DNA from: Nannocystis bainbridge
Lineage (GTDB): Bacteria; Myxococcota_A; Polyangia; Nannocystales; Nannocystaceae
Assembly: GCF_028368995.1 (NCBI RefSeq)
Contig: NZ_JAQNDL010000004.1
Location: 224,001-288,000 of the forward strand
Direction of reading: 5' to 3'
DNA length: 64,000 nt
Position numbers and translations under genes: made by a program. Below the pieces are notes generated by a model. The model did no database searches. It had not been told where the DNA came from and saw only the letters and a program-made list of their open reading frames with translations. Positions 46,427 to 56,674 of the stretch are shown piece after piece (position 1 is the first letter of the stretch; each line of letters opens with the position of its first letter).

Positions 46427-47032
46427 TCACCTGGCCTTGAAGATCCGGATCAGGTCCATGCCGAACATCAGCCGCAGCTCGTGGCGGGGGCCGGTCGGGA
46501 GGTCGAGGTATTGATGGGCGATCTCGGGCACGAGGCCGAGGCGGCCGACGTCGAGCAGCAGCGAGGTGCGCACGCCCAGGACGAGCTGGCGCTCGGCGGC
46601 GCCGACGACGAGCGCCGGGACGACCGCGATGCCGGCGTCGTCCTTGCCGATGAAGCCGAGGCCGAGGCCGGCGAGCAGGAGGTGCTCGCGGGTGAATTTG
46701 CCGGCGCCGAGGCTGTAGCCGATCGTGGGGAACAGAGCGGCCTGGTTGCGGCCGCGATGGAGGCCGGCGCGGGCGAACAGGAGGCCGTCGAGGGCGAAGT
46801 GGGCGGTGTCGCTGCGCTGGCCGGCGAGCCGCGCGCCGAGGCCGAGGCCGAGCCGGAAGCCGAGCGAGACGCGCCGCCTGGAGAGGCCGTAGTAGGGCCG
46901 GCGCGGGGCTTCGGTGAGGGTGACCCGAGGGACAGGTCGCGGCTCGGGCAGGTCGATGCGCGCGGGCGCAGCGGGCGAGGGGTCGGCCGGTGCAGCCGCG
47001 ACGACGACGGCCAGGAGCTGCGCCGCGAACAT
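46427..47032 (-). CDS. Putative outer-membrane beta-barrel protein
   Basis: Short signal, Pro-rich linker and about 8 amphipathic Gly/Leu-rich strands. Confidence 0.65.
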   Translation of the reverse strand: MFAAQLLAVVVAAAPADPSPAAPARIDLPEPRPVPRVTLTEAPRRPYYGLSRRRVSLGFRLGLGLGARLAGQRSDTAHFALDGLLFARAGLHRGRNQAALFPTIGYSLGAGKFTREHLLLAGLGLGFIGKDDAGIAVVPALVVGAAERQLVLGVRTSLLLDVGRLGLVPEIAHQYLDLPTGPRHELRLMFGMDLIRIFKAR

Positions 47033-47081
47033 GCGGCGACACTACCACGGCGGGTCGCGGCCGGCGCCGCCGGTCGCCGGC

Positions 47082-49016
47082 TCAGCGGGCGGGCAGCTGG
47101 GCGGCGGGGGTCGGGCTCGACCTGGGGCGGCGCACCGATGGCAGACGATCGGCGGCGAGCCAGCGCCGGAGGTACTTGGCCATCAGCAGGCGATCGATCG
47201 GGGGGAACTCGATGTCGCTGCCCGACAGCGCCCAGGCGGCGTTGGCGACGTCATAGACCGGCGTGTCCTCGTGGAGCTCCCAGCGGGTCAGCTCGTCCTT
47301 GTAGACGCGCTCGGACAGCATCGGCAGCAGCGGATAGAGCGGGTTGTCGCGCTCGCGGCAGTCCTGGATCACGCGGTCCAGCCATTGATGGTAGGGCCAG
47401 CGCGACAGGCGGTAGCCGAAGCTGGCGACCAGGGCGAAGAAATCATTGATGTCGACCGAGAGCCGCGGGTCGCTCGGGAGCAAATGGTGGGCGCGGTTTT
47501 GATGCCCAGGCTGGCCGGCGATATGCAGGATCGCGCGGCTCACCTGATCGACCGGCACGAACTCCATGCGCTGACGCGGGAGGTCCGGGAAGGCGCCGAG
47601 CTGGATCGCGCCGCGCACCAGGCGGCCCATGAAGTCCTCGGGGTTGCCGGCGCCGGTCCGGCTGTCGCCGACGACGAGCCCGGGGCGGTACACCGTGACC
47701 GGCAGGCCCGCGCGCGCGGCCTCCCACACCATCGCCTCGGCGACCCACTTGCTGGCGGCGTGGCCGAAATCGAAGCTCAGGAGCTGCAGGTAGTCGTCGA
47801 GGTCGTCGTCCTCGTGCACGCGCGCGGCGCCACCGAAGAAGCCGCTCGGCCCGAACACGGCGATCGAGGACACGTGGTGCAGCGGCTTGGGCACGCCGGT
47901 GGCGGCCAGGCGCAGCACCTCGGCGGTGCCGCCGACGTTGGTCGCGCGGTGGCTCAGGTAGGGCTCGACGAAGTTGAGGTGGTCGCCGGCGTGGAACACG
48001 GCGTCGACGGTGTAGGCGAGCGCCTCGAAGCTGGCGGCGTCGAGGCCGAAGCGCGGCCGCCGGAGGTCGCCGGGCACGACGCGGATCCGCCGGGCGAACG
48101 ACTCGTGCCACAGGCCGTAGCGGGCGAGGGCCTGGCGCAGTCGCAGCATTCCGACCTGCAGGTTGTCGCCGCGCACCAGACAATGCACACAGGCGGTGGT
48201 GGTGGTGAGCAGGTCCCGCAGCATGAACGAGCCGAGGAAGCCGGTCGCGCCGGTGAGGAACACCTCGCCGGTCCGCCAGGCGTCGACCGCCGCGCGGGCC
48301 CGTTCGGCGGTGCCCGCGAGCGTGGCGCGGATGTCGGCCGGCAGGCGCGCGTCGGCCAGCCAGCGCTCGGGACCCGTGCCGCTCAGCGCGTCCTCGCCGC
48401 GCTGCGCCCGCTGCACCACCGCCGCGCACGCGCGCAGCGTGCGGGCCTCGTAGAGCGCGTGGACCGGGAACTGGACCCGGTAGGCCGCGGCGATGGCGAG
48501 GACCAGGCGCGCGGCCTTGAGCGAGTCGCCGCCGAGGTCGAAGAAATCGTCGTCGGGCAGGACCACGGCGACCCCGAGAGCCTCGGCCCACAGCGTCGCC
48601 AATTGCGCCGCGAGCGGGTCGTAGGTGGCCGCGATCATCGCCGTGGAGCTGAACATGCCCGACTGCGGCTGACCCTCGACGAGGGCCCGGCGATCGACCG
48701 CGCCGGCCGCGTCGAGCGGGAGCGCGTCGAGCAGGACGAACCGCGAGGGCTGCGGGCAGCCCGGGAGCTCGGCCTGCAAGCGCTCGAGCAGCGCGGTCGG
48801 GCGGAAATCGGCGGGCGTGGCCGGGACGAGGTGGGCGACGAGGATCGGGCCGCCGTGGGCCCCGTCGTGGACGGTCACGGCGGCGGCGGCGAGCAGACCG
48901 CTGGCGAGCAGCACGGTCTCGATCGCGTCGAGCAGGACGCGAGGGTCGTCGAATTCGAGGCGATCGGAGGCCGAACGCCAGACCGCTTCGATGGAATTAT
49001 CGCTCGACCTCGTCAT
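47082..49016 (-). CDS. Stand-alone NRPS-like Asub-PCP-thioester reductase (R domain) protein
   Basis: GAGGAGG RBS; AMP-binding C-terminal-like PSRFVLLDALPLDAAGAVDRRAL; PCP DFFDLGGDSL; R domain FLTGATGFLG, VPGDL…FGL, HVSS, SKWVAE and YRPG. Confidence 0.88.
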   Translation of the reverse strand: MTRSSDNSIEAVWRSASDRLEFDDPRVLLDAIETVLLASGLLAAAAVTVHDGAHGGPILVAHLVPATPADFRPTALLERLQAELPGCPQPSRFVLLDALPLDAAGAVDRRALVEGQPQSGMFSSTAMIAATYDPLAAQLATLWAEALGVAVVLPDDDFFDLGGDSLKAARLVLAIAAAYRVQFPVHALYEARTLRACAAVVQRAQRGEDALSGTGPERWLADARLPADIRATLAGTAERARAAVDAWRTGEVFLTGATGFLGSFMLRDLLTTTTACVHCLVRGDNLQVGMLRLRQALARYGLWHESFARRIRVVPGDLRRPRFGLDAASFEALAYTVDAVFHAGDHLNFVEPYLSHRATNVGGTAEVLRLAATGVPKPLHHVSSIAVFGPSGFFGGAARVHEDDDLDDYLQLLSFDFGHAASKWVAEAMVWEAARAGLPVTVYRPGLVVGDSRTGAGNPEDFMGRLVRGAIQLGAFPDLPRQRMEFVPVDQVSRAILHIAGQPGHQNRAHHLLPSDPRLSVDINDFFALVASFGYRLSRWPYHQWLDRVIQDCRERDNPLYPLLPMLSERVYKDELTRWELHEDTPVYDVANAAWALSGSDIEFPPIDRLLMAKYLRRWLAADRLPSVRRPRSSPTPAAQLPAR

Positions 49017-49547
49017 CGTCGTCCTCCTCGCGCCGGGGAGCCGGAGCGGCCGTGAAGGTGTTGGCAATGCGCGTCCAGACGCCGCGGGGAGCGGCGGGGG
49101 CTGCGCTGATCTTCGAGCTGACTATGATGATACACGTCCGTTTGAATATTGGTAGACACAAATTGCCGTGGCGCGGCGAAACAGCCCTGCCACCGCCACC
49201 CCGGTGTGGGTGCGCCGCCCGCGACCGTGCATGGCGATGATTCGTCATTGGCCACACCGGCGCACCCACGCTGTCACAGGCTTCGACCGAGGCCTCTTCC
49301 GTGGGACGCGAGGACGATGGACCCCAATCACGCCGGTGCGAGGCGCCCGCGCCGCGCGGACCCCCGGGCGCCGCCGGAGGTGCTGACGCGTGGATTGGTA
49401 GAATGTCCCGAAGGACAGGCGACGCGGGCCGCGATTTCGCCCGCGCAATTGAACCTCGACCGGTGACCCCGGTTCAACAGCGGCGCCGCGTGCTGCGATT
49501 CGCCGCGAAGAACGATGTGCGTCCGCGGCGAATCGTCGATATCGTAT

Positions 49548-51107
49548 TCACTGCAGGCGGATCAGCCGGATGTCTTCCTCGCCGACGTTGACCCACACGA
49601 GCGCGTGGATGTCGGGGAAGTACTCGAGCTTGGTCTCGGTGTTCCAGTTGACCTCGACGGGATAATCACCCGCGATCTCGGCGCGCTCGAGCGTCCAGGT
49701 GGCCTCGTCGATCCAGGCCCACAGCATGCCCTCGCCGATGGGATAGAAGTTGGTGAGGTACCGGCCGGTCTCGGCGATGTGGGCGAGGGTGCCGCCGTCG
49801 GAGCCGCCCTGCGGATCGAACATCAGCCCCTCGGTCGAAGGGCCGTAGGTGAGCTCCTGGTAGGTGACCTCGCGGGTGTCGAGATCGGTGAGGAGCATGG
49901 TGTGCGGCCGGCCGCCCTCGTACACGAGCGAGTGGAGGGCCTGACCGCGCTGATCCTGGGCGGTGCTGAGCGCTCCCCATCCGCCGATCGGGTAGCCGCC
50001 CTCCCAGCGGAATTCGCCGCCTCCGGCGAGCACCGACCACGTCTGTGATTGATTGTAGTTCTGCGTGGCCGCGACGTAGTAACGACCCTCGGCGGCGTTC
50101 CACCAGCCGTTCATGTTCTCGCCGGTGTAGCCGGTCTCCCCCGAGTAGTCGGCGGCGGCGTCGAACGGGAATTTGGGCAGGGACCAGGTCGCGGTGGCGA
50201 TGTCGTACTCCCAGTAACGGCGACAACCCATGAGGATCTTGCCGGCGTCGCCGAGCTCGGGGACGAACACGGTCGAACCATAGGTGTGGCGCGAGGTCGG
50301 GGTGCGGGTGGAGATGTCCGGGTTTTCGGGGTCGAAGAACTCGTCGCTGTACACGCCCTCGAGGTTGGCAGGGTCGTTCTCGTAGTAGGCGATGGCGGGG
50401 TTGAAGTTGGTGAAGCTGGCGCTGTACTCGGCGGGCCACTTGCTGCTGTCGCTGGGCAAGCGCTCGATGCTCCACTTCATGGCCCGTACGTCGAGCTTGT
50501 ACACGCCGTCGTTGGACGAGCCGTCGTGGCCGCCGCCGACGGTGACCCAGCCGCGCTCGCTGCCCTTGCGCGTGTCCCAGGCCATGCCGACCCAGTCGGC
50601 GAGCACGCCGTTCCAATCCTCGTTGCCGCGGTCCTCCCAGCCGGGGATGGCGGCCTTGACCTCGGCGTCGAGGGCGTCGAGCCGGGTGCCGACGACGCGG
50701 ACCCACCGGTTGAGCGGGACGGTCTGCCACGAGACGCAATTGACGCGGCCGTCGCGGTCGCGCCCGGGGGTCCAGGCGTCGCCGTCGAGGTCGCCGACGT
50801 CGTCGCCGAGGCCCCAGGCGCTGTCGACCTCCCCGTCGCAATCGAAGCCGGGCACGCCGGTGGTGCCGGTGGTCGGCTCGGGGCCGGTGGTCGGGGTGTC
50901 GGTGGTGGCGGCGCTCGTGGTGGTGCCGGTGGTGCCGGTGGTGCCGGTGGTGCCGGTGGGGAGTGGGTCCGCGGTCTCGCTGCCACCGCTGGTGCTGGCG
51001 GTCGAGGTGGCGTCGGTGCTGGCGGTGGTGGCACCACCGCCGCCGTTGCACGCGGCCGTCAATCCGAGGACCAGGCTCCACGCGCGTCGCGATGTTTCAT
51101 GGTTCAT
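49548..51107 (-). CDS. Lipoprotein with Thr-rich linker and a Kelch-like beta-propeller domain
   Basis: Lipobox GLTAAC; GGGHDGSSNDGVY and PTSRHTYG motifs; Trp-rich strands. Confidence 0.75.
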   Translation of the reverse strand: MNHETSRRAWSLVLGLTAACNGGGGATTASTDATSTASTSGGSETADPLPTGTTGTTGTTGTTTSAATTDTPTTGPEPTTGTTGVPGFDCDGEVDSAWGLGDDVGDLDGDAWTPGRDRDGRVNCVSWQTVPLNRWVRVVGTRLDALDAEVKAAIPGWEDRGNEDWNGVLADWVGMAWDTRKGSERGWVTVGGGHDGSSNDGVYKLDVRAMKWSIERLPSDSSKWPAEYSASFTNFNPAIAYYENDPANLEGVYSDEFFDPENPDISTRTPTSRHTYGSTVFVPELGDAGKILMGCRRYWEYDIATATWSLPKFPFDAAADYSGETGYTGENMNGWWNAAEGRYYVAATQNYNQSQTWSVLAGGGEFRWEGGYPIGGWGALSTAQDQRGQALHSLVYEGGRPHTMLLTDLDTREVTYQELTYGPSTEGLMFDPQGGSDGGTLAHIAETGRYLTNFYPIGEGMLWAWIDEATWTLERAEIAGDYPVEVNWNTETKLEYFPDIHALVWVNVGEEDIRLIRLQ

Positions 51108-51559
51108 GGCCCGACTGTCCCGCAGGCAGGCGGAGATCGGGCGCGGCGAGGATGTTGGCCGGCGCGGGGGCCCGGGGCCTCGCGGACGATGGTGGTGGCA
51201 CGATTGCGCCCGGCCGCAAGCGGCGGCGAATCGACGGCGCGAATGTAAGCACCGGGCATGGCCCGCGAATTGGGGCGTGACGGGTGCGGGGCGGGTGCTG
51301 CCGCAATTCCCGAGGGGGGTCGGGCGCGGGCGCATGCGTTCGCGGGGCGGAGGCGAACCCTGGCGCGGGGGCATCACAATGGGTGGAGGATCGACGGCGA
51401 GGCGAGCGCGGCGGTCGGCGCGATATCGAGGATTCGCTGTGATCGTCTCGCGCTCGCGCGTGGCGCCGGGTTGTGGGCAGGCGCACCGCGGCTAGCCTGA
51501 TCGGATGGATCCGGGGCGCGCGTGCGGGCTCGCAGCGCGGCCGGCGGCGAGGTCGAAAC

Positions 51560-53338
<1,779 letters not shown>

Positions 53339-53384
53339 CGGCCCTCCCGCCGCCGGGGCGGGAGGACGCGCGCGCCGAATGCCG

Positions 53385-55586
53385 TCACAGCGGGATCGAG
53401 GCGACGGGGTGGGCGAGGTCGTCGATGTGCGCGACGTGGATCATGTCGCGGGCGATCGAATAGACCCAGTCTTCCATGAACACGGACCGCTGCACCTTGG
53501 AGTTGGAGTCGGTCCACCAATTGTTACACTTGCCGCTCGCGGTCTCGGGGGTCTCCGGGGCCTCGTGCGGCACGCCGCCGAGCAGCTCGAAGCCGCCGGC
53601 GATGGTCACGCGATAGACGAGCAGGCCGCTGAAGGTCATGAGGTCGCCGAAGTCGCCGCCGCTGCCGCCGGCGCAGATCGTCATCGGCACCGCGAGCAGG
53701 TCGCGGGAGCGGAAGTAGGTGAAGGCGAGGTGATTGGTGGCAGCCTCGGAGGTGGAGCCGCGGGTGCCGATGACCTCCTTGTCGAGCACCACGGGCTGGG
53801 AGAGGTCGGTGGTGTCGATGATCTGCAGCTGGAGGCCCTCGAACCACGCGAAGTCGCCTTGATCGGCGGCGTCGTAGCCCATGGTCAGGAGGTGGTCGTC
53901 GTCGAGGATGTGCATGTAGGTCGAGAAGCCGGGGATCTTGAGCTCGCCCGCGACGCTCGGGGCGCGCGGGTCGGACAGGTCGAGGACGAACAGCGGGTCG
54001 GTCTTCTTGAAGGTGACGACGAACCCGATGTCGCCCTTGTAGCGCACGGAGCGGATGTCCTCGCTCGGGGCCAGGTGGTCGACGCGGCCCTCCTCGCGCA
54101 GCCGCGAGCCCTTCTCGCGCAGCACGATCACGGTGCTGTGCACGTCGGGGTCGGGGAGCCAGCCGCTGGTGGTGGCGACCCGCAAGGCGCCCTCGTACTC
54201 GTCCATGGCGAACTGGTTGAGGATCCGGCCCTTGACGGCGCCGCTGGCCGCGTACTCGGAGGTGGCGCCGTCGAGGGCGAACTTGTGCACGCTGGTGGCC
54301 TCGTTGACGTCGGCGGCGAGCTCGGGGAACCAGGCGGCGGACTGGGCCTTGTCGTGTCGCACGGCGAGGTACAGCGAATCCTTGGAGGCGTAGACCGGGC
54401 CGGGCCGGCTCATGATGGTGGTGGTGGCGAGGGGCGCCAGCTTGCCGACGGCGAGCGAGACCAGCGAGACGAAGGAGCGGCTGTCGCCGGTCGAGGACAA
54501 GAAGACCTCATCGCAGGCGCTGAGCGGCCCCTGCATGGTCCAGGTGACGCCGCCGAGGTGCCAGGTGTCGCGCACCGAGGGCAGGAGGTCCTTGATCGGG
54601 GCTTGCTCGATCTGCTGGAGGTTGGCGAGGCGCAGCGCCTCGAATCGCTGGAGGACGTCCTGGGTGGTGAAGCCCTGCTGGCCGAGGCCGCACCAGGCGT
54701 CGGGCAGGCTCTGGGGCCAGTAGGTCATGCCGCCGACGTCGAGCTCGGGGAACACGAGGGCGGTGTGGACGGCGTCGCCGATCCGCCGCGAGTTGAGGTA
54801 CGAGCCGTTGAACTCGATCTCGCGCACGAGGCGAGGCTTGGCCCGATCGGCGAGGTCGAGGACGGTGACGAGCAGCTTGCGGCCGTCGCCGGTGAACTCG
54901 CAATCGTAGCCGTAGGTACAGTCGGGCTCGACGGCGGCGTCGGACCAGGGATCGCTGCCGAGAGAGGGGTCGACGTACTCGAGCGAGGCGTAAATGACGG
55001 CAGTGTCGCCGTGCACGTACATCCGCTTCGGGGTGCCCTGGAGCGGGACGGAGGCGAGCTCGTGGGCCTGGTCCGCGGGCCAGGCGTCGAGGACGCGAAA
55101 GCGGCCGCCGGCGAGGATGTAGAGGTAGCTGCCGTCGTTCTTGACGAAGTCGGCCTCGTCGACGTCGGCGACCTGGGTGTTGGTTTCGGAGTAGTCGCTG
55201 GCGGCGTCGCTGCCGGTCTCCTCCTCTTCTTCTTCCTCTTCCTCCTCCTCTTCTTCCTCGCCCCAATCGCCGCAGTCGCTGGCGACGGCCTGGAGGGCCA
55301 TGGTCAGGTTGTTGTGAAGGCTGGCCTCCATCTCCTGAATGGCGGTAGCCTTGAGGGCGGTCGCCAGGTCGTCGCACGAGTCGGCGCGATCGAGGGCGGC
55401 GGCGCCCTGGCGCGGGGCGTCGGCCGGCGAGGCGTCGCCGGCGAGGGCGGGCGACGCCGGCGGGCCGAACAGGCCCTCCGCGGGCGCTCCGGCGACCGGG
55501 TCGGCAGGCGCCGGGGAGTCGCAATGGAGAGAGATTGGCGTCAGCAGCGCCAGGGTGAGTGCAGCGATTCTTCGTGGTCCACGCAT
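53385..55586 (-). CDS. Secreted beta-propeller domain protein (Beta_propel family)
   Basis: YSETNTQVADVDEADFVKNDG, ILNQFAMDEY…LRVATT and VTFKKTDPLFVLDLSDP…GELKIPGFSTYMH. Confidence 0.92.
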   Translation of the reverse strand: MRGPRRIAALTLALLTPISLHCDSPAPADPVAGAPAEGLFGPPASPALAGDASPADAPRQGAAALDRADSCDDLATALKATAIQEMEASLHNNLTMALQAVASDCGDWGEEEEEEEEEEEEEETGSDAASDYSETNTQVADVDEADFVKNDGSYLYILAGGRFRVLDAWPADQAHELASVPLQGTPKRMYVHGDTAVIYASLEYVDPSLGSDPWSDAAVEPDCTYGYDCEFTGDGRKLLVTVLDLADRAKPRLVREIEFNGSYLNSRRIGDAVHTALVFPELDVGGMTYWPQSLPDAWCGLGQQGFTTQDVLQRFEALRLANLQQIEQAPIKDLLPSVRDTWHLGGVTWTMQGPLSACDEVFLSSTGDSRSFVSLVSLAVGKLAPLATTTIMSRPGPVYASKDSLYLAVRHDKAQSAAWFPELAADVNEATSVHKFALDGATSEYAASGAVKGRILNQFAMDEYEGALRVATTSGWLPDPDVHSTVIVLREKGSRLREEGRVDHLAPSEDIRSVRYKGDIGFVVTFKKTDPLFVLDLSDPRAPSVAGELKIPGFSTYMHILDDDHLLTMGYDAADQGDFAWFEGLQLQIIDTTDLSQPVVLDKEVIGTRGSTSEAATNHLAFTYFRSRDLLAVPMTICAGGSGGDFGDLMTFSGLLVYRVTIAGGFELLGGVPHEAPETPETASGKCNNWWTDSNSKVQRSVFMEDWVYSIARDMIHVAHIDDLAHPVASIPL

Positions 55587-56081
55587 CGTGATCTCCTGCT
55601 CGAATCATCGAGCGGGGTCGAGGCGCGCGGGCGTATCAGACCGCGAGCGAGCAGCCGTTCGCCCCATTCGGCAGCGACGCGCGACCCGACCCCATTCGGC
55701 AATCGTGAGGAGGTCGGTCCTGTCGGCAAGCACGCTCGGCCACGAAAGGCGCGCGGCTGTCGTCCGGCGTACGCGTCTGCCGGCTCGCTCCTCACCGGCG
55801 GAGCGAAGGCGTCGATCTGTCGTCGAGGTCGTGTGGGATGTCCTCGGGGACAGGTCGAGAGCGGGGCGGAGAAGATGCGGAGCCGCCGCTGCGCGAGCAG
55901 GCGAGCGAGCGTCGTGGTCGGCGACGGTTCGCGTCGCGAGCGGGAGCGCGGTCGTGGAGCGCGCCTCCCCGGGTCCGCAACGGGCGTCTGGACCGGCGCA
56001 GGTAAGTGTGAGAAACATCTCAAATTAAGTGAGCCCATCCGAGAACGATTCTCGGCGAGCTCGCGACGAAGGGCGGGAACC

Positions 56082-56666
56082 ATGACCACGGGCCGCGACC
56101 CAGACCTCGACCTCTTGCAGCGCTGGCGCAGCGGCGCGGCAGCGGCCGGCAATCAATTGTGCCGGCGCTTCGAGCCGAAGCTGCGCCGCTTCTTCGCCGC
56201 CAAGGTGCAGCCCGCCGACGTCGAGGAGATGGTCCAGCAGACCTGGTTGGCGCTGACCGGGGCCTGCCGCCGGGCCGACCTGCGGCCGGAGAGCGGCGGC
56301 CTGGATGCGATTCGCACGACGTTTCGCGCGTACCTGTACGGCATCGCCCGCCACACGCTGCTCGCGTATCACCGCAAGAACTACCGCGGCGGCCGCGACT
56401 TCGATCCGGAGGTCGAGAGCCTCGAGACGCTGGCGCCGTCGCTCAGCCAGCAGCTGTCGCTGCAGCGCCGGGTCAAGCAGCTCGAGCTGGCGCTGCGGAG
56501 CCTGCCGCTCGAGCTGCAGCTGTTGACCGAGGCGCGCTACGTCGAGGAGCTGTCCGGTCCGGAGCTGGCGGAGATGTTCGCGCTGCCCGAGGGCACGGTG
56601 CGCTCGCGCCTGTCGCGGGCGCGACGCTTGATGGACGAGGCGCTCGAGCGCCTGGAGCGGAAGTAG
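56082..56666 (+). CDS. ECF RNA polymerase sigma factor
   Basis: DLDLLQRWRSG…LRRFF…VEEMVQQTW…FRAYLYGIAR (sigma2); ELAEMFALPEGTVRSRLSRAR (sigma4). Confidence 0.92.
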   Translation: MTTGRDPDLDLLQRWRSGAAAAGNQLCRRFEPKLRRFFAAKVQPADVEEMVQQTWLALTGACRRADLRPESGGLDAIRTTFRAYLYGIARHTLLAYHRKNYRGGRDFDPEVESLETLAPSLSQQLSLQRRVKQLELALRSLPLELQLLTEARYVEELSGPELAEMFALPEGTVRSRLSRARRLMDEALERLERK

Positions 56667-56674
56667 GAGAGATC

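Noticed and set aside
49017-49547. Long intergenic region as a possible riboswitch or ncRNA
   Set aside because: No recognisable conserved RNA motif by eye; an Rfam/Infernal scan would be needed.
53379-56081. 1095-aa ORF that seems to give the ECF a long N-terminal extension
   Set aside because: The upstream part is antisense to the beta-propeller gene; sigma homology starts at ATG 56082.
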